Source: Octopus bimaculoides
Taxonomy: Eukaryota
DNA: 57,395 nt
Direction: 5' to 3'
Assembly (NCBI RefSeq): GCF_001194135.2
Contig: NC_068982.1
Span: forward strand, 146,621,582 to 146,678,976
Positions 12,160-25,242 of this stretch are shown here, one piece after another. Position numbers and translations under genes: made by a program. How positions within the stretch are numbered: position 1 is the stretch's first letter; every line of letters starts with the position of its first letter. Below the pieces are notes generated by a model. That model was not told where the DNA came from and searched no databases. It saw only the letters and a list, made by a program, of their open reading frames with translations.

Positions 12160-12526
12160 TGAATCGAAATTCCACCGAGGTTGACTTTGCTTTTATCCTT
12201 CCGGGGTCGATAAAATAAGTACAAGTTGGGGACTGAATTTGATGTAATCGCCTTTAACCATTCCCCGAAATTGATGGCCTTGTGCCAAAATATGAAACTA
12301 ATACTTCGTTTGAATAAGGCAGCGAACTGGCAGAATCATTATCACGCCAGGAATATAGTTAGAGGTGTTTTATGCGTTTTTATGTTCTGAGTTCTAATCC
12401 CAACGAGGCTGACTTTACCTTTCATTCTTTCGGGGTCGAAAAAATATATATATCAGTGGAGTCGATGTACTCGACTTCCCGCTCTTGAAATTGCTGGCCT
12501 TGCGCCAAAACTTGAAACCAATATTT
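12160..12526 (+). mobile_element. Two tandem diverged SINE family A copies (~12160-12302, ~12316-12526)
   Basis: Each carries gactttgc/acctttcat..ggggtcga and ends in ggccttg(t/c)gccaaaa..tgaaac. Confidence 0.8.
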
Positions 12527-15500
12527 CGTCCGGATATACTATAAAAAGAAAGGATTTGTCTGTAAACCGCGCAAACTAAATGTATTGAAAATCGCTGTTC
12601 ATCAGGAAATTACAATGCCTCGAGTCATGGTGCGACTTGTAATGCAAAACTTTCAAGCAAGGCTAAATGTATTTGTGCGTTGGGAAACATTTTCATTGCG
12701 TCATTATCAAGAATCAATACACCTTTACTTATTTGTTACATTTGCCTGTATATTTAGGCAATAAGGTTGCTAATATAATATGTTAGGTAACATTGGACCC
12801 AATTAAAATCCGGGCTTTCCTGAACGACCGCTTGCATAGCTGTTGTTGTTTATATGAAAGGTTTGGCCGCAAAGGTAAATGCGGAATGAGTCATTTAAAT
12901 AGCTGAAAATAAGTTGAGTCGTCTAATTCGGCTTTTCATTAAACTTTACCGGTTTGTCTTTTAGAAAATGAACTGTGTTCGATTTCCGGCAAAGTTAGCA
13001 TTTTCTTTAAAACTTTAATTAAGGTTCAATTAAAACTTTAATTAAAGTTCAATTAAGGTTCTGCGTATCAGCTCCATATTCTTTATCACATATTCTTTCT
13101 CACATTTACTTTTTTAACTATTTGATCCTTTTATATAAACACCAATTAGCATTTATAAAAACAATTAGCATCATTTTTTCTCATACTCGTAAGCTCCGGT
13201 TTGAGATAATCAAGTATACATTGGTAGTAGTGCACACCTTTACTCCGTTAGTCATTATTAAATCCTTTCCTTAGTTACTAATTAATCTTTTTCTTTGAAT
13301 AAGCAAAGCCTAATTGTTAAACTTCTCCACGCACTAAATATAACACAAGGTATTTTCTACTCAAGATTGAGAGAATACACTTATTGATGGTGCTACACAT
13401 GCACACCTGAGATCGAAATCTTCCAACAAAACTGCAAAGCGAACTTCTTCACCACAGTCGTGTTTTAAGAACTATGTAATTTAGATTTAAAACAGTCAGG
13501 GCTGCAGAAAGTTTCATATAAGAACTGGGTATTGGTGAGTACTTTTGAGATTATTTTACAGTTGTAATTTAAATACTGTTAACTACTGTGTAGTGAAAAT
13601 GTGCTGGCAGTTCTTATTAACGGTACATGTTTGTATATATTGCGAGCTGTTACATACGCAAATCAATACTAAAGTTGTAATAGAAGTATGGAACAGTAAT
13701 AGTAGTGTACTTAGCGGTAACGGAATAGTTGTAGCGGGTGATAAACTGATGTTAAGAAATATAACAAAAAGGAATATAAATTGAACGATTCGTTCAGAAA
13801 GACTAAATTATTCAGAGAGACCTGCACCAGGTTAAATTAATGTTTTCTGTGCATTGATTGCTTAGTGTATATGACTTGACTCAAGACGCATTCACTATTG
13901 ACTATTTTAGAAACATTGCTTTCCCTGTGTACTGTAGCCAGAGGAATCGAAGTTAGGTAACGTATGGCAGAATACGTCTTTTTTATTGTTATATCTTAAT
14001 TAACGAACTCTGATTGTATCGAAAATGAGTATATGTTGGACTACTTCAGAAATTAAAAACACCAATAATATTTAGGCTATTTGCGTACAAGAATTTTAAA
14101 AGGGTAGGAAAATTTCGAAAATCTTCGTTGTTTTTATGCTTGCTATAAACTGTCGGCTTATGTGTGGTCAATATCTATAAGTACTTACATTCCTTTTCAA
14201 TTTCTAAAACATTTACGAATGTCTCTTTTGGGGGAAAAATGTTATCCTTATTTGTATATATTGCATTCAAAATGAAGAAATTGGTTAGTGGATACTAAAA
14301 ATTGTGCTTGTAGCTTAGTGTTGTTATACAGTTCTAGTTAATTGGAAAATAGATGATTGTAGGAATTTCTGACCGACGGTGTAATGTAGAGGAACCAAAA
14401 TCAAGTTTGGGTGCCTGAACCGCTATAATCATCCAGATAGCTATTAATATTTGTACAACATAAAGCTGGAATATCAAACAGTGTGAGTGTATGAAAATGT
14501 GATAATGCGGAGGCAGTGAATGTTTTCCGATTTCCATCTTCTCCAGAAATATGTGTCACTATTTTCAAATAAAAGAAATGACAATCCACGAAAACTAGTG
14601 GTGGAGTGAAAAATAATATCCGCAGAACTGATTATTGAAGAGACCATTAACTATAATACAATTCGAAAAATAAATGAAATTCCCATAGTTTGGACAATAA
14701 ATGGGTAGCTAAGTGTTGAATGGTTGTAAGTTTTAAGCTAAGTGATTTGTTGCATTGTTTGGTCGAAATTATTGGATTAACGTCTATACTGATGCTTTAG
14801 AGTTGTTTTCTTCACTGGATAACTTTTAAAATTCTATCTCTTCATATATTTCTAAACAATATTTTCCCACTTTTTCGTCTCTTTGAAGAAATATATTTCG
14901 TTGAAATTTCTGATGTTTTTTCATGATTATTCTTTATCCGTGTAATTCATTACTCAATTTGTGTAGCATTTTTCAATGATTTTGGCTCAACTTTATATCA
15001 TACATTTTCCTTTCAACGTGTTAGACTATTCTAAGTTTTTTTATCTGACATTTTTTCTTCTTAGAAAGATAATTGATAAAGCTACATACTTTTTTCAGAC
15101 GTCTCACGATATAATTGTAATAGGGCTACTTTGCTAATACTGTTTTGTAATTATTTGAGACGAGAAGGGACGCATACCTACTTAAGAACAGCAGATCAAC
15201 ATAAACCTGTTAAAATACACTATCCTCTAAAAGAATGGCATTTTAGATTTCTCAGCAATATGTGAAAAATTACATAGAAATTATTTTAAAGTCTTGATTC
15301 GTTCTACAGTTTGTTTTTTGTTCTTTTTGTTTTTTTATGATATATGTCACCGTGATTGTGGTAATAATTACAAACTGGACGGTTCGAAGTGAGTTGTGGA
15401 ATTTTCCTAAAGATGAGTGATATCTACGTGTGTGGATCAGAATGTGATGTCGGGATCGAATTGTTGTAGTTGGCTTGCTGAAGTTAGAGGGGATTGTTTA

Positions 15501-16499
15501 TGATAAAAAGCAGATAGATTTGTGATATTATTGTTACCTGAACAAGTTGAAAACCAGAATTTGAGTGCATTGGATGGTCCAATAATGGTGCTTGTAAATG
15601 TTAAAGTGTTGAACTTGGTGCTTATAGCCTAATGGGATAGTTTGCATATTCTGTAGCAGTATATGAGTATTTTTATATCACTGTGCTTCGTGTTTGATTT
15701 TTCAGTTGAAGGCATTCATAGTATTGTACGTTTTTCTATTAGTCTTAAGATGGCATTTGTAATGTCCTTCACGCGTTCGAAAGTCATTTGTGATACATGC
15801 AGTCAGACCACACGGCTATGAAGAAATCTGTTTAGTTTGATTTTTGTATAATTTGGAATACTGGAAGATCTGTCTTCAGGTAGTCAGAATAACATTTGTA
15901 CCGCTGACACTCGTTGACGCTGCATCGAAGAGGCCAGGAAATAGAAGAAAAAAACAAAAAGGAGAATTGCACTCAACACCAGAGCTGAAGACACCACCGA
16001 AAGTGGGGGGGGGGGGTGCCACGTCGAAAACGGTAGAGGAGTAGGGGCCGAAACCGGACATGGTTCCTCTTGATGATGTCTTTAGCTACTGGATCCTATA
16101 AAGGAGCTGTTGGGGTAGCAAACCACGAAACGTGGTTGGAATTCCTTCCTATTCTACCGTCTTGCAAAAATGATGGAGAGATTCGGTAATCTGTCTCGTA
16201 TACCTAATGTGTTTTCGGATCATATCCTACCAAGGTGCACTTTGTCTTTCAGTGGTCAATATAAAGTAAAAATCTAAGGCAACAGATTGGTGAGTGTGAA
16301 AGGTACCTTATGCTGTTTATTCCCTTTTCTTGCTTTCAAGTTCCACCGTCACTTTGGATGCCTTTGGCAAGTCTAATCTTACGGCCCAGGTTTTCGGTTT
16401 CAATATACCTTTCCTCTCATTCCCATCAGTCTTGCAGACCGTGTAAAGAGTCGTGGTATCTGATATCGCTTCTGATTTAAAATAGAAAATCAAATTCTG

Positions 16500-16725
16500 G
16501 TATAAACAGTTATTAGTACCAGGAGCCAGCAATGTGTAGCCCATGACTTTTGGAAAAGTCCAGGAACATCACGCCACTTTCGTTCCGTGCACCAGAACCA
16601 AAAGAGCTGAAAACGCTCTCGTATCTTCTTTCGTGAACTCCAGTTAATAGATTGAAATCGCCGGTGACCAAGGACGTGTCCCTGTTCAGATCTTTTTCCA
16701 CGACAGAGCACAGTTAAGTGTAGAA
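16500..16725 (-). pseudogene. LINE apurinic-type endonuclease fragment (RTE-like)
   Basis: SLVTGDFNLLTG ... FGSGARNESGVMFLDFSKSHGLHIAGSWY matches the GDFNA..G..G.RN.NG..LLDF segment of RTE endonucleases. Confidence 0.75.
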
Positions 16726-17108
16726 TGTCTCACTCACCGACCTGTCATTCATGACAGAGCATATACCGCAACAACGGGAGTGACACCCAGAGAATGTCGA
16801 GTTCTCACCCACATAATTCGCTCGTATAAGTGTTACTCTAACCAGTTGACCACTGATAACAAGTATTGTAACTCCGATAATTATAAAAGCAATTTATACG
16901 TTTTTCTTAGCTAAAAAAAAATTATGCGTAACCGTCTTTCTAACTTAAAATCGCAATGATCTGAGAAATTTCAAATTTGTAAATCTTTCAAATAATTTAG
17001 ACTAGAATTTTGGCATTGGTAAAATGTGTCAGTTTTTCCTAAACTAGGCTTTTCACACAGTTCTTAAAGTATAACATTATACATATATATATATACATNN
17101 NNNNNNNN

Positions 17109-17124
17109 GACGCTCTTCCGATCT
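17109..17124 (+). other. Illumina adapter remnant (assembly contamination)
   Basis: GACGCTCTTCCGATCT immediately after a 10-N gap is the 3' end of the Illumina TruSeq universal adapter / read-1 primer. Confidence 0.93.
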
Positions 17125-18157
17125 ATATATACATACACTCTTTTACTTGCCTTTGTTTAACACTTTATGTCAACACTGATCGAGAAAACCTGTGACAATA
17201 GGTGTTCAACATATTTTACTCATTCATTTATATTTCTTACTATATTTAGTAGACCTGGCTAACCTACGTTTGAAATGTAAATATATGATTAATTTTTCAA
17301 GAATAGATCGAAATATAAAAGGGAATATTGTGTAATAATAAATGCATCAATACATCAGTGAATAAATGTTGTTAGAGCCTCACTGGAATCTCATATTTCT
17401 AATACTATTTTCTTGTAAAAGTCTTAAATAATACACTTCGACACATTTAAATGCATTTTATGATATAAATCATCATCCAATATCTTTTTAAAATACATAA
17501 AAGAAATTTCAAACATTAATAAAAGTAAATAGAGAGAATATGTCACAATAATGTGACATAATTCTCAGATAAAATTCTGAAAATATATTATTGCTTACAG
17601 GTTGAAATAAATTATGTAATTTTAATTCAGCAGTAACGTTGTCATTTTTATTGATTTGTCAGAAGAAAGGGGCTGTGACCATGACTTTTGTAAGTCATTC
17701 GGGTTGATGACATTTTGATTTTTACTTTCTTTACTGTCAAGGAGAAAGGTGAATGGAAAAGCGATACTGTAGAAATCGATGTTCTAGCGGGGGAAGGATT
17801 TTAATTAGTGCTTAGGGGAAGGAAACCGAGTAACGGATGTATAAGATAGGTGATGTTGTATTAGATGGAGGGGTTGAGTTGTGCTGGTATGCAACTTGCT
17901 GATTCGGGTGAGCAAAGGACGTTCTAGTAAGGGTATAGCAAAAAGACGGAAATATGCTGGTCGTGCCAATCAGATTACTTTCTTGTGAATGGTGTTTGGG
18001 ATAATTGCTTGTATTGCAGCAGCTATATTTCAAATGTGGGAACAGTACTCTATTGTGATTATAAATTGAACCGCTGCTTATAATTTCTCCTTCTGATCAA
18101 ATATTTTCTGGCTCTGAAAAAAAAAGACTTGTGATGCTGTTTTGGTTTTATTATCTA

Positions 18158-18580
18158 TACTCTTTTATGCTCTTTTACTCTTTTACTTGTTTCAGTCACT
18201 TGACTGTGGCCATGCTGGAGCACCACTTTTAGTCGAGCAAATCGACCCCAGGACTTATTCTTTGTAAGCCTAGTACTTATTCTATCGGTTCTTTTGCCGA
18301 ACTGCTAGGTTACGGGGACGTAAACACACCACCATTGGTTGTCACGCGATGTTGGGGGGAGGCAAACACAGACACACAAACATATACACACACACACATA
18401 CATATATACATATATACAACGGGCTTCTTTCAGTTTTCGTCTACCAAATCCACTCACAAGGCTTTGGTCGGCCCGAGGCTATAGTAGAAGACACTTGTCC
18501 AAGGTGCCACGCAGTGGGACTGAACCCGGAACCATGTGGTTCGTAAGCAAGCTGCTTACCACACAGCCACTCCTACGCCT
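18158..18580 (-). mobile_element. tRNA-derived SINE family B, full length
   Basis: Head aggcgtaggagtggctgtgtggtaag ... ccgggttcagtcccactgcgtggcacc, internal (CA/TA)n block and tail gactgaaacaagtaaaagagtaaaagag; aligns to 41073-41490. Confidence 0.92.
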
Positions 18581-18939
18581 ATGTTGGATGGTCAGGAGAA
18601 ATTATCAGAGATTTTGAGAATGCGTATTTGCTGTGTCTTAATTACCTGCTACCAACGACTATGGAGGATGGTGGAAGAACCTATTTCTTTGAGTTTAGTG
18701 AAAAATAAATATCCGAATGACTTAATTTCAATGACTAAGTAGCAAATTAGGAAAATGTTTTTGAAACATGCGCTCAGCATGCTATTTTAATGAAGTTGAG
18801 CCATATATTAATTAATGCATGCATTTCCTTATGAATAATTGCTGCAATGTCATAATTCTCGAAACGGTTTCACTTAAAACTCGAAGTCATTTCCAACTTG
18901 CACTGTGAAGATTTTAGGTAAAAGCCAAAATGATTCCAT

Positions 18940-18941
<2 letters not shown>

Positions 18942-19020
<79 letters not shown>
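18942..19020. repeat. (CT)n(CA)n compound microsatellite
   Basis: Direct run. Confidence 0.95.
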
Positions 19021-19025
<5 letters not shown>

Positions 19026-20249
19026 ACTTCAAATAATTGTATGGCATTTGACGTTAGCTGCATCGCATACATTTCGATTTCAAAATTGCATCATTCAGAA
19101 CATAAATCGTTTTCAGTAATGTCAGTAAATATGACAAGAATTCAATAGCGTTCACTAGATGTTAACAGTAGGTGGTAAAATTACAAAGAAGAGGTTCATT
19201 TGGTGTTATAGAATTAAATATCTTCGGAAGCATATGTTTTCTTGTGATCTAGGTACAAGTCAACAAGTACTAATAAGTAATTGATTATGAACAAACAAAA
19301 TCGGTTAAATTATAGATTAAACGATGAACCTAATTTCTCATTAATATTCTCTTTATTATCAGCTTAATGAAATCTATAGTTGTTATATTTATAACAACAA
19401 AATAAAGTATTTGATGAAAATAAATCAGATACGTTGAAAAATTAACGATTTTTTAAATAATAATTAAAAAGAAATATAAAGTAAAATCTATATAGTTTTT
19501 GTGAATTAATGTTCATTTATAATTTTCTTTACGGTCATTGATTTATTTTATTCGAATTAATCTGTCTGTTCTGATTAGGATCGATGATGGAAATTATTTT
19601 TAACATTAGCACAAGGCCACAGATTAGTTGTGGAATTGGCAAAGTTAACTGAATCAATAGCTGTAAACCAATGGTACTTATTTCATAAATTATTTTGGAA
19701 CAAATGCCAATATTGACTCCGTCGAGTTTTATGCGAAAAATGTTGACATGAAATGAAACACTACCACAGCTTAATCCTACGGGCAAAATGTCTGTTACTC
19801 TATAAACAATATAATTTAAAATTTAACTACTAATAGAATAATAGTATTAAAGCTTGCTTTAATCTGTTGCAAAACTCGACCTCCTGGCTTCAGCAGCAAA
19901 GTTAGCTGCAAGGAAGCTACAAACCAGCCTATCAAAACTTGCCCAGAGAAATCGTGCACAGCTAAGATGTTTTGTGAAATGTAGGTCTTCGTCGTCCGGC
20001 TTCACACCGACTGACCTCTGCTTACTGCTTGCCTTTTATGTGTGTGCCAATCCTCCAAAGAGTCACGTGCCTTTCTAACTGTTTTATCATTGTACATCCG
20101 AACTCCCACTTCCTTATCTTGCCAACGACATGTTAATTAGCGTCAATATTATTACGAGAACTTACTAAATGTTGTTACAATCTGACATAGCTGCGGCCTC
20201 TGGTTGTCTCTAAACTGTGGTAATGTTCATTATTTGACCACCTCTCTCG

Positions 20250-20253
<4 letters not shown>

Positions 20254-20335
<82 letters not shown>
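20254..20335. repeat. (GA)n(GT)n compound microsatellite
   Basis: Direct run. Confidence 0.95.
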
Positions 20336-20336
<1 letters not shown>

Positions 20337-20628
20337 AATTGTGCAGCTTACTGTCATAGTAGCTAGAACTTTATTCTATCCTTCATAACACTATTGTTTC
20401 TTCTCGATTACCTCACTATTCCTTATATTTCGAAATGAGCGGCGCTTTTTTCATCGTTAACTTAACGTTTTGTTTGCGCCTCAGTTGAATTATCCTGCTA
20501 TAATTATTGGTAGAGTAATGTAAATACCAGCTTATTGGTATTTCTATTCTCAAAACATTTTTTTTTTCAAAACTTCTATTTAAATTAGAAGTTTTCTGAT
20601 TAATGTAATATCTGTATTTCTTTTACAG

Positions 20629-20715
20629 TTGTAGCCTAGTTGTGTTGGCCGCCAACGTTAAAGGGAATTTGGTAGATAAATACCATACGGAAGCCTCTCA
20701 TATGCGTGTACGGGG
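20629..20715 (+). CDS. Candidate host-gene exon (87 nt; xCSLVVLAANVKGNLVDKYHTEASHMRVRG)
   Basis: Acceptor ctgtatttcttttacag|, donor GGG|GTGAGT (weaker alternative TTG|GTAGAT after 20671); only one frame is open. No homology recognised. Confidence 0.3.
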
Positions 20716-21394
20716 GTGAGTGTGAGTGTGTGATAGAGAGAGTGAGAAAGCGAGTGAGTGAGTGTGTGCGCATGAGAGAGAGATGTGGGTGTATGTTTAT
20801 GTGTGTGTGCGCACGCGTATGTGTAACTGCGTGCGTGCGTTTGTTAGTGAGTGTGTATATTTTGTGTATGTTTTGGCCAATGACTTTAAGGTGAATTTGA
20901 TTGATGAATACCGTATGGATACCTATCATGTGTGTGTGTGTATGTGGGTGAGTTTGTGTGTGTACGTGTGTGCGTGTATGTGACCATATGCATCCGTCTG
21001 TGAGTGAGTGAGTGAGTGAGTGAGTGAGTGAGTGAGTGAGTGAGTGGGTATGTGTTTCTATGTAAATAACGACATTGATCAACAGTACCTCATTGAGTTA
21101 CGTCGTTTTACGTCAAGCCGTGTGCTTAATCTACCAAACGATTGAGATCGATAACGAAAGTATCAGACTAAGTACTGAGATCGATATAATCAGCATGGCG
21201 CTAGTCCAAATACAGAAAACTGTAAATAATAAAAGAATAATAAAAATTACAATTTGTAATATTTCACATTATCACTTAACTTCTTCAAGTCTCATATTTT
21301 TCTAACCTTAACTCGCGGCTAAATTTGATAAATGAGATATAGGAAAGAAGGGAATTAACACTTGAGCCGTGTATATATTTGGTGTAAATAAGTG

Positions 21395-21540
21395 CTCAAC
21401 TGGCACTTATTTTGTTGACCCCGAAAGGATAGAATGCAAAGTCAACCCCAGCGGTATTTGAACTCAGAACGTGAAGACAGACGAAATGCTTCTAAGCACT
21501 TTGCTTGGAGTGCTAACGATTCTGCCACACGCTGCTTTAA
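21395..21540 (-). mobile_element. SINE family A, diverged
   Basis: gaccccgaaaggat ... atttgaactcagaacg ... gctaacgattctgcca. Confidence 0.85.
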
Positions 21541-22151
21541 GGTTTATTATATAACTGATATTTATTTTATCAACATCACTCTGTTTAAACACAAAGTTCT
21601 CTCCTATGTAATTTGAGGTCAGTAACTAGAAAGGACAAAATATATAACATCGTTATTCTACCGTAAAGCCGATATTTGCATCTTGTATGTAAGAATCTAT
21701 AAAATATATAAATGTATTTATATACTGGTGGTATATAGGTAATAATTTATTATCACTTGGTGCGTAAATGAGCAGAATAAAACTGGCAACAGATAATACG
21801 AAATTATGTACTGTTTAGCGAGAAATACATCTTTTATGGTAAGCTGTGCATAATTTTATGTAATTACATAAGTATTCTAAAAAGGCTGTTTCTATCATAG
21901 TTTTCCAATGAAACAGATAGAACTAATGGAACTAATGAGTATTGTAACATATTTCTCACGGAGCGTTGATCGTTATAAGAAGAGAGTGCAAGAAGCATAT
22001 AAATATGTCGTTACCAGCTAAAGTCGAAGCAGAAAATTTGTGTATTTCATACGAATAAAAGTCTGCATCTTAGTTTTATCGCAAATTTACTCAATTTGTG
22101 TTATCCTTTAGGTGACATCACAATCATAATTTTTCTTAAATTTTATTCCAG

Positions 22152-22193
22152 AATGAGACAACTGGGTGCGGCTCATTCGGCGCTGGTGATATG
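22152..22193 (+). CDS. Candidate 42-nt exon (NETTGCGSFGAGDM or MRQLGAAHSALVI)
   Basis: Acceptor ttttcttaaattttattccag|, donor ATG|GTACGC; length is a multiple of 3; local GC-rich island. Confidence 0.3.
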
Positions 22194-22295
22194 GTACGCC
22201 TGACTGGACGTTGAATCTATTTTGGCGATAGCACTTTTACCCATTGCATGTAAACACGCGCACCCACGCATGCACACGCAGAAATATACTTATAC

Positions 22296-22299
<4 letters not shown>

Positions 22300-22338
<39 letters not shown>

Positions 22339-22680
22339 CGAGAAATGAGAGAGACAAAGAGAGAGAGACAAGAGAGAGAGAGAGAGACAAGAGAGAGAGA
22401 GAGAGACATTACAATTTATTAATTGAAACCGGTTAACATAAATACTTTCCCTCTCTCATATATATAAAGAAAAGTAGGCTCACGCACATGAACATAGAGA
22501 GAGGGAGAAAGAGACACAGCGAAATATATTTGTAGCATTTGATACTTCATGCTTCTGTCTCACTCTATCTGTTTCTTCATCTCTCCCTCTCGCTCTCTTT
22601 TCCTCTCTCTCCCTCTTTCTCTCTGTCTCTTTTTTTCTCTCTTTCTCTCTCTTTCTCTCTCGCTCTCTCCTCCGCTCTCC
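22300..22680. repeat. (GA)n then (CT)n low-complexity tracts
   Basis: Purine tract ~22300-22405 and pyrimidine tract ~22540-22680. Confidence 0.9.
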
Positions 22681-24785
22681 GATTTTTCTGCTAACAACGC
22701 CAAAATTTAAACTCACAGTCAGTTCTACCTTAACAAAGCTGTACAGAAATCCATTATGAAATTTTTTTTTCCTTTCCGCGTTTCGTCAATATTTCACTAG
22801 TTATCATATATATAAATTGAAGCCGTTACTTGAACGAAGTTTTTTTTTTTTTTTTTTTTTTTTTTTTGTGATAAATTTGTTGAAAGTAGAATAAAAAAAT
22901 TCCCAATGCCAAAAGTCCCGATGTCGAAGCGTCCGATGTCAAATAAGCCAGCGTCGGATCAGCGACGCTAGGAGGAAGCACCAAAAATTCTGCGCGGAAA
23001 TATCTCATATCCAATATATTTGTAATTAAGAAAGCTTCAGTTCACACTGCGAAGTATATCTGATAGAGTTGGCTAAAGAAATACACCTGAGAATGATTAT
23101 AAAATGGATGCGTAAGCTTTTTGATATAGTATCGAACTGATAACCAATTTGGTGTCGTTTGGATCCGGCATCATACTTGCTGGACATCCATCAGTCAAAG
23201 TTGAGCGTGTATTAGCACAAGTTTGCGCAAGGCTGGGCAACAATATTTCGAGGAAGCCTGGCAATTATCCATGCATATATCTGCATGCATGTCTCCCTTC
23301 TCCCCACCGCCAATATGTATCCGAAGGAAAGGCTGGTGACTTGGACCTATAAAGCTTGGCATCGCAGGCGTTGCTGTCAGAATGCGAACAGCTGGATGAT
23401 ATATTGCAAGGCATCTTGATAGGTCCTCTTGCAGTTTTACATATGCTCTGCACTGGATTGGTACAATTTTATGTATTTTCGAATAATGAAAGACAACGTA
23501 GAGGTCGGCGGGTTTTGAACACGGACTGTACAGAGTCAGAGCAAATACCGCAAGGCATCAAACGTTCAAGAGACTTTGGTATTCGTCGAACTTGAAGGTA
23601 AATAGAGCAAATTGCCATAAATACACTCACACACACACAAAAAAACACATATACCTATTTAAATAAATAACATTGTGAAACCTGAGCATGATGCTTTTTT
23701 GCTTTACTTCCATTTTTTTTTTGGTAGATTCCCAAATTGAGAAATAGGTATAATATACAGTACTAGTAAATGGATTAAGAATAATAAAGAGAAGAAACTC
23801 CATGATAAAATCTTCAACAAATACTCACATTACTTCACTATTGTTTGGCAGACTGGTTGTCTTAAGTGATATAACTGAACAACAGACGAAATCTACTTTT
23901 GAATCTCTTCGTTGGGTTTTGGTTCACAGAAGGAAGATGAAGATTTGCTTAAAAGTACCCGAGACTGTTAGAATTGTAATACATTTTAAGAGTGTCTGAT
24001 CACATTTTAGTTGAAATATAATGAATGTGCTTAATTGCAAAAAAAAAAAAAAGAATAACATTAATACTACTGATCTGAAAATCAATATCTTTGTTTAACA
24101 GCTTCGTCATTCAAAGTAGTTGTTTGTATTTCTTGACATTACGGAGATATTTAACTGTTTTCAACAATCTTGATTTTTTAAATACATATTTAAAACAAAA
24201 AACTAATTCTAAGATTAATCATTTAAACACTGAGAAAAGTATTATAAGTGATATGTATAATCTTTGATATAAATATCAACAATATGGCGGAGAAAAATAA
24301 GTCGGTGGAACGTTCTGCATATCAGATACAATCATTGGGTATGTACCTAGTAGTTAGCCGATGAAACACGATTACGTACCTAGTAGTTCACCGATGGAGC
24401 ACGATCACTAACTGTGGCTACTTGACGTCGAACACGGTATTTACGCACTTGTTGCTGGATCTATCTCAGGAATTCCTGGGTGTTCTTTGAGTATATAACA
24501 AATGATAGAGACGGAAAATGGAATATACGAGAAACTTTATTGCTCTCAACGATAGTTTCGACCCATCCTGCATCGATCTCACCTGCGTTCACTTCCCTCT
24601 CTGGACTTAAGGAACCACAACAACTGTCATTGATGAAGCTCTGATATTCCATTTATTTCACTGTTAAAAACGTTTAACTTATCTCTACCTATCTATCTTC
24701 AATAACAGAATACTCAGCACATGGAGTCTTTGGTTCCGCACGATTTTCCACTAGCTAGGATATCCCAATATATAGCTAATGGTAA

Positions 24786-25050
24786 AGGCGCATGACTCAG
24801 TGGTTAGAGCGTCGGTTTCACGATCATGAGGTAGTGAGTTCGATTCTCGGACTGGGCAGTGTATTGTGTTCTTGTACCGGCTTTTGACGTTCTCTTGGAT
24901 ATCATCAGTGGCGTGGCGAAGATAGGCTGGTATGTATGGGTAACTGCTGATGTTTCATAAACAACGTCACCCGGACATGTGCTTCGGAGGGGAACTTTCT
25001 AGGTATCATCTCATGGTCATTCATGACCGAAGGGGTCTTTACCCTTTTAT
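24786..25050 (+). mobile_element. tRNA-derived SINE (C-type head, distinct body)
   Basis: ggcgcatgactcagtggttagagc (A box) ... gagttcgattctc (B box); ends catgaccgaaggggtctttaccctttt. Confidence 0.75.
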
Positions 25051-25194
25051 ATAGCTAAATTAAATTAAATATCCTAGTCAAGTCTTGTTAATTTGTTTGC
25101 CTCGCCTTTTTACTTTAACCTATATATATATATAATATAATATAATGCAAATGTCAGTGTGTCAGTGTGTCACACTTTTTCAACTTTACTCCAG

Positions 25195-25242
25195 CAGGCT
25201 GTAGCCCAATATGTCCTACCATTTTGTAATCAAGCCGACTCC
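25195..25242 (+). CDS. Candidate 48/45-nt exon ((Q)AVAQYVLPFCNQADS)
   Basis: Strong acceptor cactttttcaactttactccag|cag| (NAGNAG) and strong donor TCC|GTGAGT; only the phase-0 frame is open. Confidence 0.35.

Noticed and set aside
13220-13480. VYIGSS motif suggesting a Penelope GIY-YIG endonuclease
   Set aside because: Only a 4-5 residue match with stops immediately after.
19860-20250. GC-richer island with minus-strand ATG and GTAAGT/GTAAGC donors
   Set aside because: Very short frames, no compatible downstream exon and no recognisable product.
24337-24660. 32-bp tandem duplication (gtacctagtagtt...) next to a 63-aa ORF with a minus-strand CAG|GTGAGA donor
   Set aside because: Two copies only, so it is not a CRISPR-like array; the exon candidate has stops in all frames upstream of its ATG and does not join neighbouring candidates.
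24786-24860. tRNA genes (also at 3118, 41073, 52105)
   Set aside because: A/B boxes are present, but there is no complete cloverleaf and each continues into a SINE body.
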